A stretch of 64,000 bases of DNA from Candidatus Latescibacterota bacterium (GTDB lineage Bacteria; Latescibacterota; UBA2968; GCA-2709665). Location of the stretch: assembly GCA_965222075.1 (NCBI GenBank), contig OZ244937.1:3008001-3072000 (forward strand). Direction: 5' to 3'. Position 1 is the first letter of the stretch, and each line of letters begins with the position of its first letter. The notes beneath the pieces are model-generated. The model was not told the DNA's origin. It saw only the letters and a list, made by a program, of their open reading frames with translations, and made no database searches. Both the position numbers and the translations under genes were made by a program. Shown here piece after piece: positions 20,495 through 32,117 of the stretch.

Positions 20495-20892
20495 CTATGC
20501 AGCATCGGCATAGTCAAGGAGTTCATCACCGTCATATCGAACTTGTTTATACTGACTCCAGAAAGCATCCCATCGTTTTGACTTGACATAAGTGCGTAAC
20601 TGCAAGATGCGTTGTCCGCCTTTCCACGACCATTGCATACCCGATCGACAAAGCCTTGTTTTGACCAGGGTTTTGCAAGCCGCTTCGACGGGTCCAGAGC
20701 CGATGGGCAGTCCTCTTCGACGGAAGTCTGCATAGGCCATCCGGTGTTTATTTCTTCGGAAGAAAGTTCGTTCGTCCTGTATGGCTTTCAATCGTTTTGG
20801 GCCCAGCTTTCGACGGCTTTTGTAATAGTCGATGGAGCGAATAAGGGTTTCTGCTGCGCCATCTTGGGTCAGTAGTTTGTGGTAATAGGTTT
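20495..20892 (-). pseudogene. Outer transposase, C-terminal part
   Basis: YHKLLTQDG...GLPIGSGPVEAACKTLVKTRLCRSGMQW; joins 22453-23538 in frame once the inner IS is removed. Confidence 0.9.
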
Positions 20893-22452
20893 GGGTGTAG
20901 CCTCGTTTTTACGCTGCGATTCTGTGAATTGTTATAGGTGTGGTTTGCTGCAGGTACCAGTTCCAGAAAGCATCCCATCGTTTCGATTGAACGAGGACTC
21001 GTAGGTTGAGGATCCGCTGGCCGCCTTCTCGAGTCCAGCGCATGCCGCTTCTTTTAAGCCGGTGGCCAACGATGGTCTTGGCAGCGGCCTCCACAGGGCC
21101 ACTGGCAATGATCAACCCCAAGGCGTGATAGCGAGCGTATTCCATTTTGTCCCGGTTGTTGCGGAAGTAGCCCAGTTCGACGCTCGCTTGGCGATAGCGT
21201 TTTGATCCGCTTGGCAGTTTGCGGCGGTGGTAGGATAGGGAGCGGATCAGGCCCTTTATGGCATTGGGTTCATGGCGCAATTTGTGCCGCCAAGATCGGT
21301 ACCAGCGATCTGCTTTCGCCGAGGCCTTGCCGAAAAGATGCTCGGCGGCCTTGGACAGGTGGTGCGCTGCGTGATAGAAGTCCAGAATGCGGGTGAACCC
21401 GTCGAACACACTTTGCTGGTCTACAGTATGCCAGATCGCTCGTTTGCCGTCGGCCAACACGACCCGGTGGTCATAGCTTCCCTGCTGCAAGGCCTTTGCC
21501 GTCTGGTCCACCAAGCCGTTGACCAGGGTCTCCATCTTCGTCTCGGGCATACGCGCGGCATAGCGCACGTCAACGCGTTGGGGCTCTTCCGTCTCCGGAT
21601 GCAGCGGCGTCAGGTAGGTGGCGACCATGCCCACACCCGCCTCCTTCCAGGCCGTGGGCGCGCTGTTGGTGTCCCTATCCATCGGTCGTTGGGGTGGACG
21701 CCCGCGCTTGGGCGCTGGTTCCCGCAAGGGCACGGTGACCCCGTCCCAACTCACCACCAGGGTGTCGGCTTGGGCATTTAGGGGCGCCGCCTCTTGCAAG
21801 GCCAACTCGAGCTGTTGGGTACCGTCCTCGGCACACTGCCCGACGGTGGTCAACAGGTGCTGAATCGCGGTGCGGGAAGGCGGCTCGGGCAGCACTTCAG
21901 CCAAGCTGTCCTCCACTTCGGCCGGGACCAGGCGGGCACTTAGAAACGCCGTCACGCGCTCCAGCGCCGGTACCATGAAACGATTCACCATGCCGCAGCG
22001 CTCATCCAAAGGCACCCGGCTTGCCCCGCCCCGGTCGTGCTGATACAGCCGTCGTGGCATCACAACCTTGCCCCACAGGGTCATCCACTCCTTGTTGACC
22101 ACTTGCTTGAATCGGTATACCCGATCCTCACTTACCACCGTCTCGTCCGCGATCTCACAGGCCTGCGCCAGGTGTTGGAACCCAGCCCGACCGATGTCGT
22201 CCAAAGAGGCTCGAAGCTCGTCCATCACCTCGCCGAATGCCTCTGGTCCTGATTGCTCCGACTGCAGGTGTTGCTCCCACTGGAGGACATTTTCTTGCAA
22301 TTTCGCTATACAAGCACTCAGATTCTGTGTATCTTCCATCTGGGACCCCCTTCCGGGTTTTGGGCTTAAGTGTATACACCCAAAAATACATTCGTACCCG
22401 GATTTGGGGTCCCTCTTTTTGAAAAAAGCTGCGTAAATCAAAACCTACACCC
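20893..22452 (-). mobile_element. ISKra4/ISLre2-like IS (inner, apparently intact, 1560 bp)
   Basis: TIRs GGGTGTAG-N7-TTTACGC; 8-bp TSD ATAGGTTT at 20885-20892 and 22453-22460. Confidence 0.93.
20909..22339 (-). CDS. DDE transposase (ISKra4/ISLre2-like, UPF0236-type)
   Basis: SWDG, LADG, LDFYHAAHHL, SGPVEAAAKTIVGHRLKRSGMRW; start MEDTQ. Confidence 0.92.
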   Translation of the reverse strand: MEDTQNLSACIAKLQENVLQWEQHLQSEQSGPEAFGEVMDELRASLDDIGRAGFQHLAQACEIADETVVSEDRVYRFKQVVNKEWMTLWGKVVMPRRLYQHDRGGASRVPLDERCGMVNRFMVPALERVTAFLSARLVPAEVEDSLAEVLPEPPSRTAIQHLLTTVGQCAEDGTQQLELALQEAAPLNAQADTLVVSWDGVTVPLREPAPKRGRPPQRPMDRDTNSAPTAWKEAGVGMVATYLTPLHPETEEPQRVDVRYAARMPETKMETLVNGLVDQTAKALQQGSYDHRVVLADGKRAIWHTVDQQSVFDGFTRILDFYHAAHHLSKAAEHLFGKASAKADRWYRSWRHKLRHEPNAIKGLIRSLSYHRRKLPSGSKRYRQASVELGYFRNNRDKMEYARYHALGLIIASGPVEAAAKTIVGHRLKRSGMRWTREGGQRILNLRVLVQSKRWDAFWNWYLQQTTPITIHRIAA

Positions 22453-23538
22453 ATAGGTTTCATACCAGCTTTGCGCTTTTGCTGATTTTTTGCCAAACAG
22501 GAGTTCGGCAGCCCCAGACAGATGTTCTGTCGTGTGATAAAAATCCACCAGTTTTTCATAACCGGTGAACCAAGGCGTGGTATCAGCATATTTCCACAAT
22601 CCTCGTGCCCCATCACACAGGAACACTTTCTCAACCTCATCTTTCAGTTGTCCTTCAATATGATCGAGTTCTTCCTCAAAGCGCCTTTTCAACGTTTGGC
22701 TACCCTCTTCGGGCATTTGTGCCACATACCGAGAGACCAAGCGCTTTGGTGGGGTGCCGTCCTTTGGAGGTGCCCCATAAAAGGACAGGCTGCCCACCAG
22801 GGCCTGTTTGAAATGAGTCGGGCTTTCTTGGGAGGGTTTTTCCCCCGGCCTCTCTTGCCTGCCTGTGCGTGCAGCCGCACGCACGCAGACAGGTGGACGC
22901 CCGCGTTTTTTCCCCGGCCCCTTGAGCCTGAGGTTTGTCCCATCCAGGCTGGCCACCATCACCTTTGTCCCTTCGGGGGTCTCCTCCTTCTGGCGGATCG
23001 ACTGGTTGAGGGTTTCATCCATCGTTTCCAGCCAGGTGCCCGTCTCTTCTGCGATGTGTTTGATCGCTGTGGCAGAAGGCTGATACAAAGCTGTCTTTTC
23101 CAGCACATTGACCGTTTCCTCTGGCGTGATAAGGGAAACCGCGAACAATACCGCTTCACGAACTTCTACGGTGGCAAACTCACCCACCATACCCCACATC
23201 ACATCCAAGGGCACATAAGAAGACCCCCCTTCATCGGCCTGAAACAGATTTCGAGAAAGCTTCATCTTCCCAAAGGGAGTCAAAAACGTCTTCTCACTTT
23301 GTTGCTTAAACCGATACAGCACACCCTCAACCTGTTTTGGCACCTCATCCACTTCGTAGGCTTCCAAAAACGTGCGAAGACCTGCGATCCCACAAGCCTT
23401 GAGGGCTTCACCAAGCCCACTTGTGACCTGTTCTGCCAATTGAGGGGTCAAGCTCTCCAGGTCCAGATTTTTGCAATGGGCGCTCAATTTTTGCTTAAAT
23501 TCCCAGGTGGCGGCTTCGATCATCTCTGCGAGGTCCAT
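22453..23538 (-). pseudogene. Outer transposase, N-terminal part
   Basis: SLDG, LCDG, VDFYHTTEHL; paralogous to the inner transposase; AAGGAG RBS. Confidence 0.9.
22858..22893. repeat. 36-bp CCTG...CAGG hairpin element inserted in frame in the outer transposase
   Basis: Removal gives KRGRPQERP, matching KRGRPPQRP of the inner paralogue. Confidence 0.88.
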
Positions 23539-23647
23539 CTTGGGCTCCTTTCCCGAATCTATACAACTTTATGGTTTTCAGCTTGTTGTATAATCGGGAT
23601 CTGGAGCCCTTTATGCAACTGCTTTACGTAAAATCAGAACAGCACCC

Positions 23648-24430
23648 ATGAGAAAGAACAAGAGGTGGCCAAAGACCTGATCAAAGCGCATCCCAATGCG
23701 CCCAAGCGTGTCGTCGCCCTTTTGGCCGGAAAAACGGGAAAAACTATCAGCACTTCCAGCCTAAGAAGGATTGCCAAAGGGACCGGCTTACGTTGGAAGC
23801 GAGTCAGAAAATCCGTCAAATCGAAACGAAACGATAAGGCGTTTGAAGAGGGGAAAAAAGAGCTTGAAGGGTTAAAAAAAACACCGGACCGGAGCGCTTG
23901 ATCTGTTCTATTATGATGAAGCCGGATTTTCTCTGGACCCTTACATTCCCTACGCCTGGCAACCTGTTGGGCAAACCATAGAGATACCCGCCGCAAAAGG
24001 CAAACGCCTCAATGTTTTGGGATTTTTCAACACGGATAATGATCTGACGCCTTTCTGTGTAGAAGGCAGCGTTGACACACAGACAGTCATCGGATGCTTT
24101 GACGCCTTTTGCGATACCATCACCAAGAAGACCGTGGTGGTGATAGATAATGCCCCCATCCACAAATCGCAGGCATTTCAGGAGAAGATACCAACTTGGC
24201 AGAAGAAAGGACTCTTCCTTTACTTTTTACCAAAATATTCTCCTGAACTCAATCTGATCGAAAACTTGTGGCGCTTTATCAAGTATTACTGGCTGCCCTT
24301 TTCGGCCTATTTGAATTTCGAGGCTTTGGTTGAAGCTGTTGAAGATATTTTGGTGAACGTGGGAACGAAATACCAAATCTCTTTTCAGTAGATCCTTCAA
24401 TATGTCAGAAAATTTGTGAACGACTACTTA
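23648..24430 (+). mobile_element. IS630-family element, 5'-truncated, two frames joined at an A8 run
   Basis: HTH part (LRWKRVRKS) to 23901; DDE part YYDEAGF...IDNAPIH...LPKYSPELNLIE to 24391; A8 at 23874-23881; ends ...ACTACTTA. Confidence 0.88.
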
Positions 24431-24592
24431 CCTCCCACTTGTGCTGAATCTTGCGGTATGCCTCCCGGATCTCCTGTTGCCGGGCCTTCGACAGCGTGAG
24501 CCAGTCTTTCACGGGGTGACGTTGAAAGTAGTCAAGCTTTTCGGCCGTGGCCCTCTCTCTGGTGCGGAATGCGCGGCAATCTCATCTCTGTT

Positions 24593-24979
24593 TTAGAAAA
24601 ACCAGCCCTCGGGATCTGGGTACGCTTCTTCGCGCAACTCGTATTTCAAACCTTTTATGCACCGAATAATCATCCAGATCACCCAAAATACCCACACCGC
24701 CCCGCCAACCACGACCATTAACAGCATAAGGTCTCGGCTCACAACGACCATTAACAGCACAATGCCTGCGATCATGAGGTACAACAATCCAATCCAGAAC
24801 GTGCGAATTTGAAACCGATAGTGCGAAGCCAACCACTCAGGTGCGTCCGATCGGTTCACATAGGCCATAATAACGCCAATCAAACCCGTGATACCGACAA
24901 AAAGCTCGGCCAGATATAGAATGTAAACGATCCTGGCTATATTTGTGGCCGCCGAATGTGTTCGTTCTGTATCAGCCAT
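24593..24979 (-). CDS. DUF4870-like small membrane protein
   Basis: VYILY, GVIMAYV, SHYRFQIRTFW, RCIKGL; AGGAGG RBS. Confidence 0.85.
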   Translation of the reverse strand: MADTERTHSAATNIARIVYILYLAELFVGITGLIGVIMAYVNRSDAPEWLASHYRFQIRTFWIGLLYLMIAGIVLLMVVVSRDLMLLMVVVGGAVWVFWVIWMIIRCIKGLKYELREEAYPDPEGWFF

Positions 24980-24997
24980 CGAGTCCTCCTTTTGTGA

Positions 24998-25231
24998 TCA
25001 GGTCACGACAAAAGTCGCTTCAACTTCTTCACCCTCTTTATATCTGATCCAATTGAAGTGGACCCCAAAGTCAAGACCAATTTTGGGCGCATTGGGGTTG
25101 TCCCTTATCTGAGGGTTTGTTACGGATGAAGCTGACCTGGCCTGCTGAAGAACTTCTAAAAAAGACAGTGATTCTGATTTGGGGACTGTTCCTGGTGCCA
25201 CAAAACTGCACGATGTGTTGTCACTTCTCAT
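24998..25231 (-). CDS. Hypothetical small protein
   Basis: ORF only; collinear with the downstream gene; start uncertain. Confidence 0.3.
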   Translation of the reverse strand: MRSDNTSCSFVAPGTVPKSESLSFLEVLQQARSASSVTNPQIRDNPNAPKIGLDFGVHFNWIRYKEGEEVEATFVVT

Positions 25232-25235
25232 CTAT

Positions 25236-25251
25236 AGCAACCCGCATTCCC
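25236..25251 (-). promoter_or_regulatory. Possible sigma54 -24/-12 promoter
   Basis: Minus strand GGGAATGCGGGTTGCT = GG-N10-GC with TTGCT; imperfect CAC. Confidence 0.35.
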
Positions 25252-25359
25252 ATTTTGTCCGGAAAACAAAAAAGCACTTGAAAAACTCTCAAGTGCCTTG
25301 AAAAACAATAAGATAAATCTTTGACCGGTTACAACTTGAGAACCCTTTTCAAAAACAAC

Positions 25360-25500
25360 CGCCAACAAATGTTGGCGCATATTCCATACCTGTAGAGTCT
25401 TTACAAAACAAAATGTCCGCAACCTACTGTACAATATAAACTAAGGTTCGCCAACATGCGTTGGCAACCCTTGTGACCGTGTACTGCCAACAGGGGTTTA
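25360..25500. promoter_or_regulatory. Repeated palindromes GCCAAC-N4-GTTGGC, candidate upstream activator sites
   Basis: Copies at 25361-25376 and 25450-25465, half site at 25486. Confidence 0.55.
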
Positions 25501-28500
25501 CATATCAGAGCCACTCCCTCTCCGTATCTCCAACCGGGCCATCTTCTTCTGCAGACCATACCGGGTTAGACCCAATCTGGCAGCAGCCTGAGTTATATTT
25601 CCCTCGCACTCTGCCAGCATCCTGATAATCGTTTGCTTTTCAAATGCGTCAACATGCGCCTTGAGATATCCCTTCTGAGAAAGATCCGCTCCCGGTTCTA
25701 CTCCGGTACTGATCGGGGCCGAAAAGAGATCCGACGAAATCTCTCCTCCTTCCTCCACAATCGCCACCACACGGCGGACCTCATTCTCAAGTTCCCGTAC
25801 ATTGCCCGGCCACGCGTACCCCATCAAGGCCTGAATAGCCTCTATCGTAAATCCCTTCACCGATTTACCCGTCTCTTCCGTCACGCGTTTCAGCAGCCCC
25901 TCCGCCAACAGGGGGATATCTTCTGAAAATTGCCTCAGGGACGGCATTTCAATCTGCAACACCCGCAACCGGTAGTACAGGTCTTCCCGGAAAGTCCCCT
26001 GCTCCACATCGACTTCTAAGTCCCGGTTGGTTGCTGCAATGACCCGAACATCTACCTTCCGGGCCGTATTCTCTCCGATCCTCCTGATTTCACCTTCTTG
26101 CAGCACCCTTAACAGATTGGATTGAACCTCAGGGGAAGCATCACCGATCTCATCTAAAAAAACCGTACCACCCTCAGCTGCCTCAAACAGGCCTTCCTGA
26201 TCATTCACAGCACCTGTAAAGGCGCCCTTCTGATGTCCAAACAGTTGGCTTTGCAGCAGTTCTGGTGAAAGTGCTGCACAATTCTGAGAGAGAAACGGAC
26301 CGTCTTTCCGGGCACTATTGTAATGAATAGCACGCGTTGCCAGTTCTTTGCCTGTACCGGTTTCGCCCCGGAGCAGCACGGTAACATCCATACCTGCCGC
26401 CTGCTCGATGAGTTGATACACCTTCTGCATCGCTTCACTTTGTCCTATCAGTTCCCCAAGCTGATATCTTCCTTCCACTTGCTGTTGCAGATGAAGCGTC
26501 TGGTTCTTCACCTGGGTATGCACCCGGGCATTATGTATCGCTATAGAAACCATATTTCCGAAGGCAGACAGAAATAACCGATCTTCTTCAGAAAACACAT
26601 TCGTTACCCCTCTGCAATCTACATACAACGCCCCGGTTCCACCTTCCTCTGCATGAAAGAGGGGTACGCAGAGAACCGACCGAATGTCATAATCAATCAC
26701 ACTTTGATACCCGCCGAACCGTTCATCGGCTCGTGCATCCAGGCTCAGGATGGGGTTATTTTGCTCGACAACCTCTCGAATGATGCCCCGGCTAATCTCT
26801 TCCGCCGTCTCATCCTGAATGTCGTGCGACCGGGCAACTTGAATCCGGATCTCTCCCGCAGATTCGTCCTTTAACACAACAATTGCCCGTTCGGCCTTGC
26901 TGATTTTCAGCAGGCGATCCAGAACGCGATCCAAAAGGGGATTCAAATCAAGCAGTGTGATCAGGTCGCCACTTACCTCGTAGAGTGTACGCAGGCGATC
27001 CTGAGAAAGCTTATCACTTACCAGGGTTAACGGTTGATCTTCATCTATTTCTGAAATCCGTTCAAGCAGGCCGACAGCCCTCTGCTCAAAATACGTCGCT
27101 CCCATCTCCTCAAATCCCGCTCTGGCAACCTCGACGTGCGACCGTGCAAATTCCTGATTCCCTCTTTCCAGGAAAAATTCCCCCGCCTGCATATATGCCC
27201 GCATCCTGGCGAATCCTCTGGCCCTATCCCGAACCCCAACCGCTTTCTCGAATGCCTCTCTGGCCTCATCATAACGGCCTGCTGCTGAAAGGGCTTTGCC
27301 AATTCCAGCCCAAATCGAAATATGAATATTGCCGCTTAACCCTACACCTGGTCGCACCCGGTCCGCCCAGGCAAGCGCCTGATCCATATCACCGGACGCA
27401 ACCGCCACCTCCATCAACAGGACATAAGCCATGTAAATCAGCCGGTCACGTCCCGTCTCGGATAAAAGCATCTCAGCTTCACGGGCGTACGTCTCAGCCC
27501 GATCGAACTCCCCGGTCTCTAAAACCAACCTCCCCAAAGAGAGCAATACACTTGCCTGCACTGCCTTAGCACCACGCCTGTGCCAGACATCATAGGTTTC
27601 CTGGTAAATTTCTTCAGCCCGACCGAACTCCCCTGTGCAGAAATACACCCATCCCAAATGATGCAAGCTGACATGTCGGTAGTTCTGGTCCTCTACCTGA
27701 TCCTGAAGGCCTAAGGCAGACTCAAAGCAGGATTGGGCTTCTTGAAGCCGGTTTTCCATTAATGCTGCATATCCCAGATAACTGTATGCGCGTACTTTAT
27801 AAACAGGCTCTCCAAAATTCCGACATTTTTCAGCGGCAAATCGACAACATTTTATCGCATCTTCTACCTTACCCCCCACCTCATACACGCTCGACAACTG
27901 GACCAGGGTGTCTAATTCACTTCGCTCATCCCCCAATTGCTGGTAAATAGCCAGGGCATCCCGCAAGTTGGTTTCTGCGGTCCGGACCTCTTGCGGATTA
28001 TTGATTATACCCAAAAGCATCAATGCACGCGCCTTTTGCGCCAACATCTGATCGGATGCCAGTTCGGTCACCTTCCCAATCTTTGCCTTCGCCTCTTCAT
28101 ATCGGCCACATCCGATTAAAGCTTTTGCATAGTCACACAGAAAATCCAAACCTTCTACCCTCTTTTGGGACGACTGGATCAAAACTTCATCAGAAAACAA
28201 CCCCTGTTCAAAAGCCGTTTGGAAAAGCTCAACAGCCCGTGCAAAAGCGAACGAATCCAATGCCTTCCGTCCGGCTTTGACCAGGTAGCGTCTCATCCGC
28301 TCTGCATCTCCTGCCCTGGAAACATGATAGGCCAAATCGTCCAGGCGTTCGTCCTCACCTTTTTCATAGAGGTTCTCCAGGCTTTTCCCCACCGTCAGAT
28401 GCAGCAGTTCACGCTTCTTTTCCGAAAGGCCCTGATAAATCGCTTGCTGAAACAATACATGACAAAAACGATACCTCCCCTCGTAATCTTCCAAATCTTG

Positions 28501-30414
28501 AATCAGACCAAGGCGCCCCAAATCTTCGAGTATCTCCAGAAGCTCAAATTCATCGCCGCGCCAGATTTCCGAAATCAGACCAAACGAAAATGCCCCTCGA
28601 AACACCGAGGCGTATTCCAGCACCTTGTTCTGCTCCAACCTCAGCTTCTTGATCCGTATTCTGATCATCTCCGCCACCCCGGACGGTACCAGTGTCTTTG
28701 GGACAGATTGCCACACCCACTTCCCCTCTTTCTCCCGGTAGACCACACCAGTCGCAATCAGCTCCCGGACCAGCGCAATGACAAAAAAGGGGCTCCCTCC
28801 GGTTTTTTCGAAAAGGTCTTGAGCGATCTCCTTCGGAATATTTCGCTCACCCAGCATCGATGCGGCAAGATGCCCCACATCCGTCAGGGTTAAATTGTTC
28901 AACTGAAGGTGAGCATCCCCTTGCATCTCAATGCTATGAAAAAATTCTTCTATCCTTTCGGGTAAAGACGCTCCTTCAACCCTTCGGCAGGTGAGACATA
29001 ACAGGATCGGTGTTTGCTCCCGATCTCTTCTCAGAAGATTCAGATATTCAACGGTCAACTCATCTGCCCATTGAATATCTTCAATACACAGCAGCATCGG
29101 TTGTTCCCGGCTCAGACGCTTTACAAATTCTGCCAACATTTCCATAACCGGGTAAGGGTCTGAATGCTTGATCTGCATCTGTCGCCCAGGAAGATGCAAA
29201 GACCCGCCTCTTCCCTCTTCACCGTCAACCAACTTCCCGATATTCCAGCCCTCTTTATGCCTGTGAACCTCCCCACTGAACGCCTCAATCAACGGTTCAT
29301 AAGCCCGTCCATTGACCTCGTAACAATTGCCCTGTAACACCTGCATCCCCAGAACCCGCGCATCTCCTTGCAACTCTTCCATCATCCCCGACTTTCCAAT
29401 GCCGGCCTCGCCACTGATCAAAACAACGCGCCGCATCCCATTTTGAACCTCCTTCACCAGATCCCGGAGGACCTTCATCTCCCCATCTCGCCCTACAAAT
29501 TGAGGATAAAGCATTGGAGTCGATGGAAGCGATACGGGAAGCGTGCTTTCTCTGTACCGAGAATCTTGAATACCGACACGCTGTAGTGATTTCAGCAAAG
29601 CCTCCACTGAGTGATACCGATCAATCGGTTCCTTCTCCAGCAACTTCATCACCACCTGTTGAAGCTGCGCGGAGATCCCCTTGCGATGTGTTCTGAGAGG
29701 TCGTGGCAGATCTCTGAAGTGTTGTAATATCACTGAGACAGGATTCGCGCCCGTAAATGGAGGCGTTCCCGTCAGGATTTCATACATGATCGCGCCCAGC
29801 GAATAGAGATCCGAACGCTGATCCACCCATTTCCCCTTGATCTGCTCAGGCGACATATATTCCACAGTACCGATCGTCATACCCGGTTGGGTCAGGGATA
29901 GATCCTTCGGTTGCCGCAACCGCACCAGCCCGAAATCCAGAATGGTCACGGCAAAATTCCCATCTGCTTCACAGATCATAATATTAGAGGGTTTCAAATC
30001 GCGATGTACCCACCCCCGCTCGTGAATATGGGCCAGCCCCTCCCCAATTTGGTGAATAAGAGAAAAAAAGTGCGAATCGATTAATTGCGCTCTCTTCTCC
30101 CCCTCCTTCACCCAGACATCCAGGGAATTGCCGGAAATGTAATCCATAGCGAAATAGGGCCTGCCCTTATACATGCCCCACTGGTGGGGCCGTACGATTC
30201 GGGGGTGCCGGATCCTGGAAAGAATACTGAATTCTCTCAGAAATCGCTGACGTACTTCACCCTGGTCTACAGCTGTATTGAGCACCTTAAGTGCCGCATC
30301 TCCATCCCCCTGCAGATCCCGCACACGATATACAGCTCCCATACCACCGCTTCCCAGGTGGGATAGAATTTCGTAGCGACTGTCAACAACTGTTCCCGGA
30401 TCTAACTCTGCCAT
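25498..30414 (-). CDS. Ser/Thr kinase - P-loop ATPase - TPR - GAF - sigma54-dependent activator (Fis HTH)
   Basis: [20 protein letters not shown]; [16 protein letters not shown]; TPR helices; IRSVLCVPL; [30 protein letters not shown]. Confidence 0.93.
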   Translation of the reverse strand: MAELDPGTVVDSRYEILSHLGSGGMGAVYRVRDLQGDGDAALKVLNTAVDQGEVRQRFLREFSILSRIRHPRIVRPHQWGMYKGRPYFAMDYISGNSLDVWVKEGEKRAQLIDSHFFSLIHQIGEGLAHIHERGWVHRDLKPSNIMICEADGNFAVTILDFGLVRLRQPKDLSLTQPGMTIGTVEYMSPEQIKGKWVDQRSDLYSLGAIMYEILTGTPPFTGANPVSVILQHFRDLPRPLRTHRKGISAQLQQVVMKLLEKEPIDRYHSVEALLKSLQRVGIQDSRYRESTLPVSLPSTPMLYPQFVGRDGEMKVLRDLVKEVQNGMRRVVLISGEAGIGKSGMMEELQGDARVLGMQVLQGNCYEVNGRAYEPLIEAFSGEVHRHKEGWNIGKLVDGEEGRGGSLHLPGRQMQIKHSDPYPVMEMLAEFVKRLSREQPMLLCIEDIQWADELTVEYLNLLRRDREQTPILLCLTCRRVEGASLPERIEEFFHSIEMQGDAHLQLNNLTLTDVGHLAASMLGERNIPKEIAQDLFEKTGGSPFFVIALVRELIATGVVYREKEGKWVWQSVPKTLVPSGVAEMIRIRIKKLRLEQNKVLEYASVFRGAFSFGLISEIWRGDEFELLEILEDLGRLGLIQDLEDYEGRYRFCHVLFQQAIYQGLSEKKRELLHLTVGKSLENLYEKGEDERLDDLAYHVSRAGDAERMRRYLVKAGRKALDSFAFARAVELFQTAFEQGLFSDEVLIQSSQKRVEGLDFLCDYAKALIGCGRYEEAKAKIGKVTELASDQMLAQKARALMLLGIINNPQEVRTAETNLRDALAIYQQLGDERSELDTLVQLSSVYEVGGKVEDAIKCCRFAAEKCRNFGEPVYKVRAYSYLGYAALMENRLQEAQSCFESALGLQDQVEDQNYRHVSLHHLGWVYFCTGEFGRAEEIYQETYDVWHRRGAKAVQASVLLSLGRLVLETGEFDRAETYAREAEMLLSETGRDRLIYMAYVLLMEVAVASGDMDQALAWADRVRPGVGLSGNIHISIWAGIGKALSAAGRYDEAREAFEKAVGVRDRARGFARMRAYMQAGEFFLERGNQEFARSHVEVARAGFEEMGATYFEQRAVGLLERISEIDEDQPLTLVSDKLSQDRLRTLYEVSGDLITLLDLNPLLDRVLDRLLKISKAERAIVVLKDESAGEIRIQVARSHDIQDETAEEISRGIIREVVEQNNPILSLDARADERFGGYQSVIDYDIRSVLCVPLFHAEEGGTGALYVDCRGVTNVFSEEDRLFLSAFGNMVSIAIHNARVHTQVKNQTLHLQQQVEGRYQLGELIGQSEAMQKVYQLIEQAAGMDVTVLLRGETGTGKELATRAIHYNSARKDGPFLSQNCAALSPELLQSQLFGHQKGAFTGAVNDQEGLFEAAEGGTVFLDEIGDASPEVQSNLLRVLQEGEIRRIGENTARKVDVRVIAATNRDLEVDVEQGTFREDLYYRLRVLQIEMPSLRQFSEDIPLLAEGLLKRVTEETGKSVKGFTIEAIQALMGYAWPGNVRELENEVRRVVAIVEEGGEISSDLFSAPISTGVEPGADLSQKGYLKAHVDAFEKQTIIRMLAECEGNITQAAARLGLTRYGLQKKMARLEIRRGSGSDM

Positions 30415-30421
30415 GCGACCC

Positions 30422-31444
30422 TCAACAGCGTAAAATGGATTTGCTTAACCGTGAAATTTCGGTATACCCTTTCTCAGCTGCATAGCTGCACAGTGCAGAG
30501 AGAAACGCGCGCTCCCGCCGGTTCAAATCCAGTTCCGGATTCTGCCCCAAATGTGTTTGAACAAACTGAAGGTCCCGTATTATTTCTTCCGCCAACATAG
30601 AATTCGCCACAATCCATAGACGCTTCAACAGTGCCTTAAGATCATATTCCGGATTTTCAGGTGTATCTGAAGCGTCAGTCAAATAGGCTCCCAGGGGAAG
30701 CTCCCAATAGGCCTTTTGCAGAATAATACGATGATACCATAAGTGCTTTTCACTTAACAACGATATATCGAATGTATCTTTAGCCGACCCCCTGCTCCCC
30801 TCATGCTTCCGAATCTTCACCGTTGGACGTTCGATAACACCTGCCTTAAAGCCAGCCCTTACCAGCCGGATCCACATGTCGTAGTCCTGTGCCCGGATTA
30901 ACCGTTCATCATAGTGTCCTGCACGATCGTAGCATTGCTTTCGAACGACAACCGAACCGCTACAAATAAAATTGCTGCTTAAGAGTCGGGCCAGCATCTC
31001 TCCTTCAGAAGGAGTAAGAGGCTCGATGGTCCGGATAACACAATCAGGATTTTCATCGTTGAAAATCTCAAAGCCTGTATAAATAAATCCTATTTCAGGA
31101 TCTTCTTTAAACAGGGATATGTGTGCTTCTATCTTATCCGCCAGGGCGATATCGTCATCATCGAAGATCCAGACATAATCGCCTGTGACATACCGTAGCC
31201 CGAGGTTCACGGCAGAGGACTTACCGCCGTTTGGCTTCTCGAGATACACAATACAATCTTTGAAAGTCTCCAACCTCTCCTTCGTTTCATCTGTAGACCC
31301 GTCATTGACAACAACGATCTCTAAATTCCTATAAGTTTGTCCCAATACGCTTTTGAGCGACTGGATCAGATACGCAGCTCGATTGTAGGTTGGGATAATG
31401 ACTGAGACTTGTTCTTGATTTTTCATGTTATTCGACATTGACAA
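30422..31444 (-). CDS. Family 2 glycosyltransferase
   Basis: [32 protein letters not shown]. Confidence 0.93.
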   Translation of the reverse strand: MSMSNNMKNQEQVSVIIPTYNRAAYLIQSLKSVLGQTYRNLEIVVVNDGSTDETKERLETFKDCIVYLEKPNGGKSSAVNLGLRYVTGDYVWIFDDDDIALADKIEAHISLFKEDPEIGFIYTGFEIFNDENPDCVIRTIEPLTPSEGEMLARLLSSNFICSGSVVVRKQCYDRAGHYDERLIRAQDYDMWIRLVRAGFKAGVIERPTVKIRKHEGSRGSAKDTFDISLLSEKHLWYHRIILQKAYWELPLGAYLTDASDTPENPEYDLKALLKRLWIVANSMLAEEIIRDLQFVQTHLGQNPELDLNRRERAFLSALCSYAAEKGYTEISRLSKSILRC

Positions 31445-31724
31445 TCCTGGTCAACTCCCACTCTTCCCTATCCCTCTGCTGGTCTTCTCTTAAAGTAATA
31501 TGAGACCTTCCCTCCCGACCAAACACCCGGAACTTAGCATACCTTACCAAAAATATTACTTCAGATGAAGGAAATGTCAAGCAGCAGTTGTCATGCTCCC
31601 TTTGGGGCACCCATTGAGGATGAAAACAGTTGCGTTGACAGATTGGCGTCGCAGCAGCAGTAGCGACGTTTGATTTCCCCCCACCGGCGCGCCTTACGCC
31701 CCCCCACCGCTCAGCCGTCGCCTG

Positions 31725-31790
31725 GTGGGCAACCACAAGGGTTGCCCCTACAAATGCAACGGCGTGGACAACCACGAGGGGTGCCCACGC
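31725..31790. repeat. GTAG-type REP-like hairpin pair
   Basis: gggcaaccacaagggttgcccctac followed by degenerate ggacaaccacgaggggtgccc. Confidence 0.6.
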
Positions 31791-31797
31791 AAATGCT

Positions 31798-32036
31798 GCG
31801 GGGTTGAAGGGGCTTTTCCGCGCGGTTCCGTCCATCACCATCGTCCAAAAACGCCCCAAAGGTCCGCAGGGCAGAAGCTTCCGTTTCCACCACAGGGGCA
31901 ATTCGCGGAAAAGCAGCCCCCGCCTGCCTGTGCGTGCTGCACGCACGCAGCAGGCGCGGTGCGCGCCGCGCCTGCCTGTGCGTCGCACGCAGACAGGCAG
32001 GCAGGCGCCCTTCTTTTTCGGCCTTTTTCCTGGGCG
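31798..32036 (+). repeat. ~240-bp non-coding repeat, copy A (contains CCTG...CAGG inserts at 31923-31954 and 31971-31997)
   Basis: Shares ggggttgaaggggcttttccgcgc...aaaggtccgcagggcagaa...ttcgcggaaaagcagcccccg...gcccttctttttcggccttttt with 34083-34324. Confidence 0.85.
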
Positions 32037-32078
32037 GGCAACGAACGTCAACCTGCCGCTTCACCTCCTCCGCCTTTC

Positions 32079-32117
32079 TCCCCCTTTCCTCTCAGGAAAG
32101 GGGGCCGGGGGGATAGG
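32079..32117. repeat. CCCC-TCCTCTCAGGA-GGGG REP-like hairpin
   Basis: Similar copies at 38077-38110 (inverted) and 38285-38319. Confidence 0.65.

Larger units (their letters stand above)
20460..23647 (-). mobile_element. ISKra4/ISLre2-like IS (outer), interrupted by a related IS
   Basis: Imperfect TIRs GGGTGCTG-N7-TTTACGTA at 20460 and (reverse) 23647; flanks do not match (no TSD). Confidence 0.88.
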
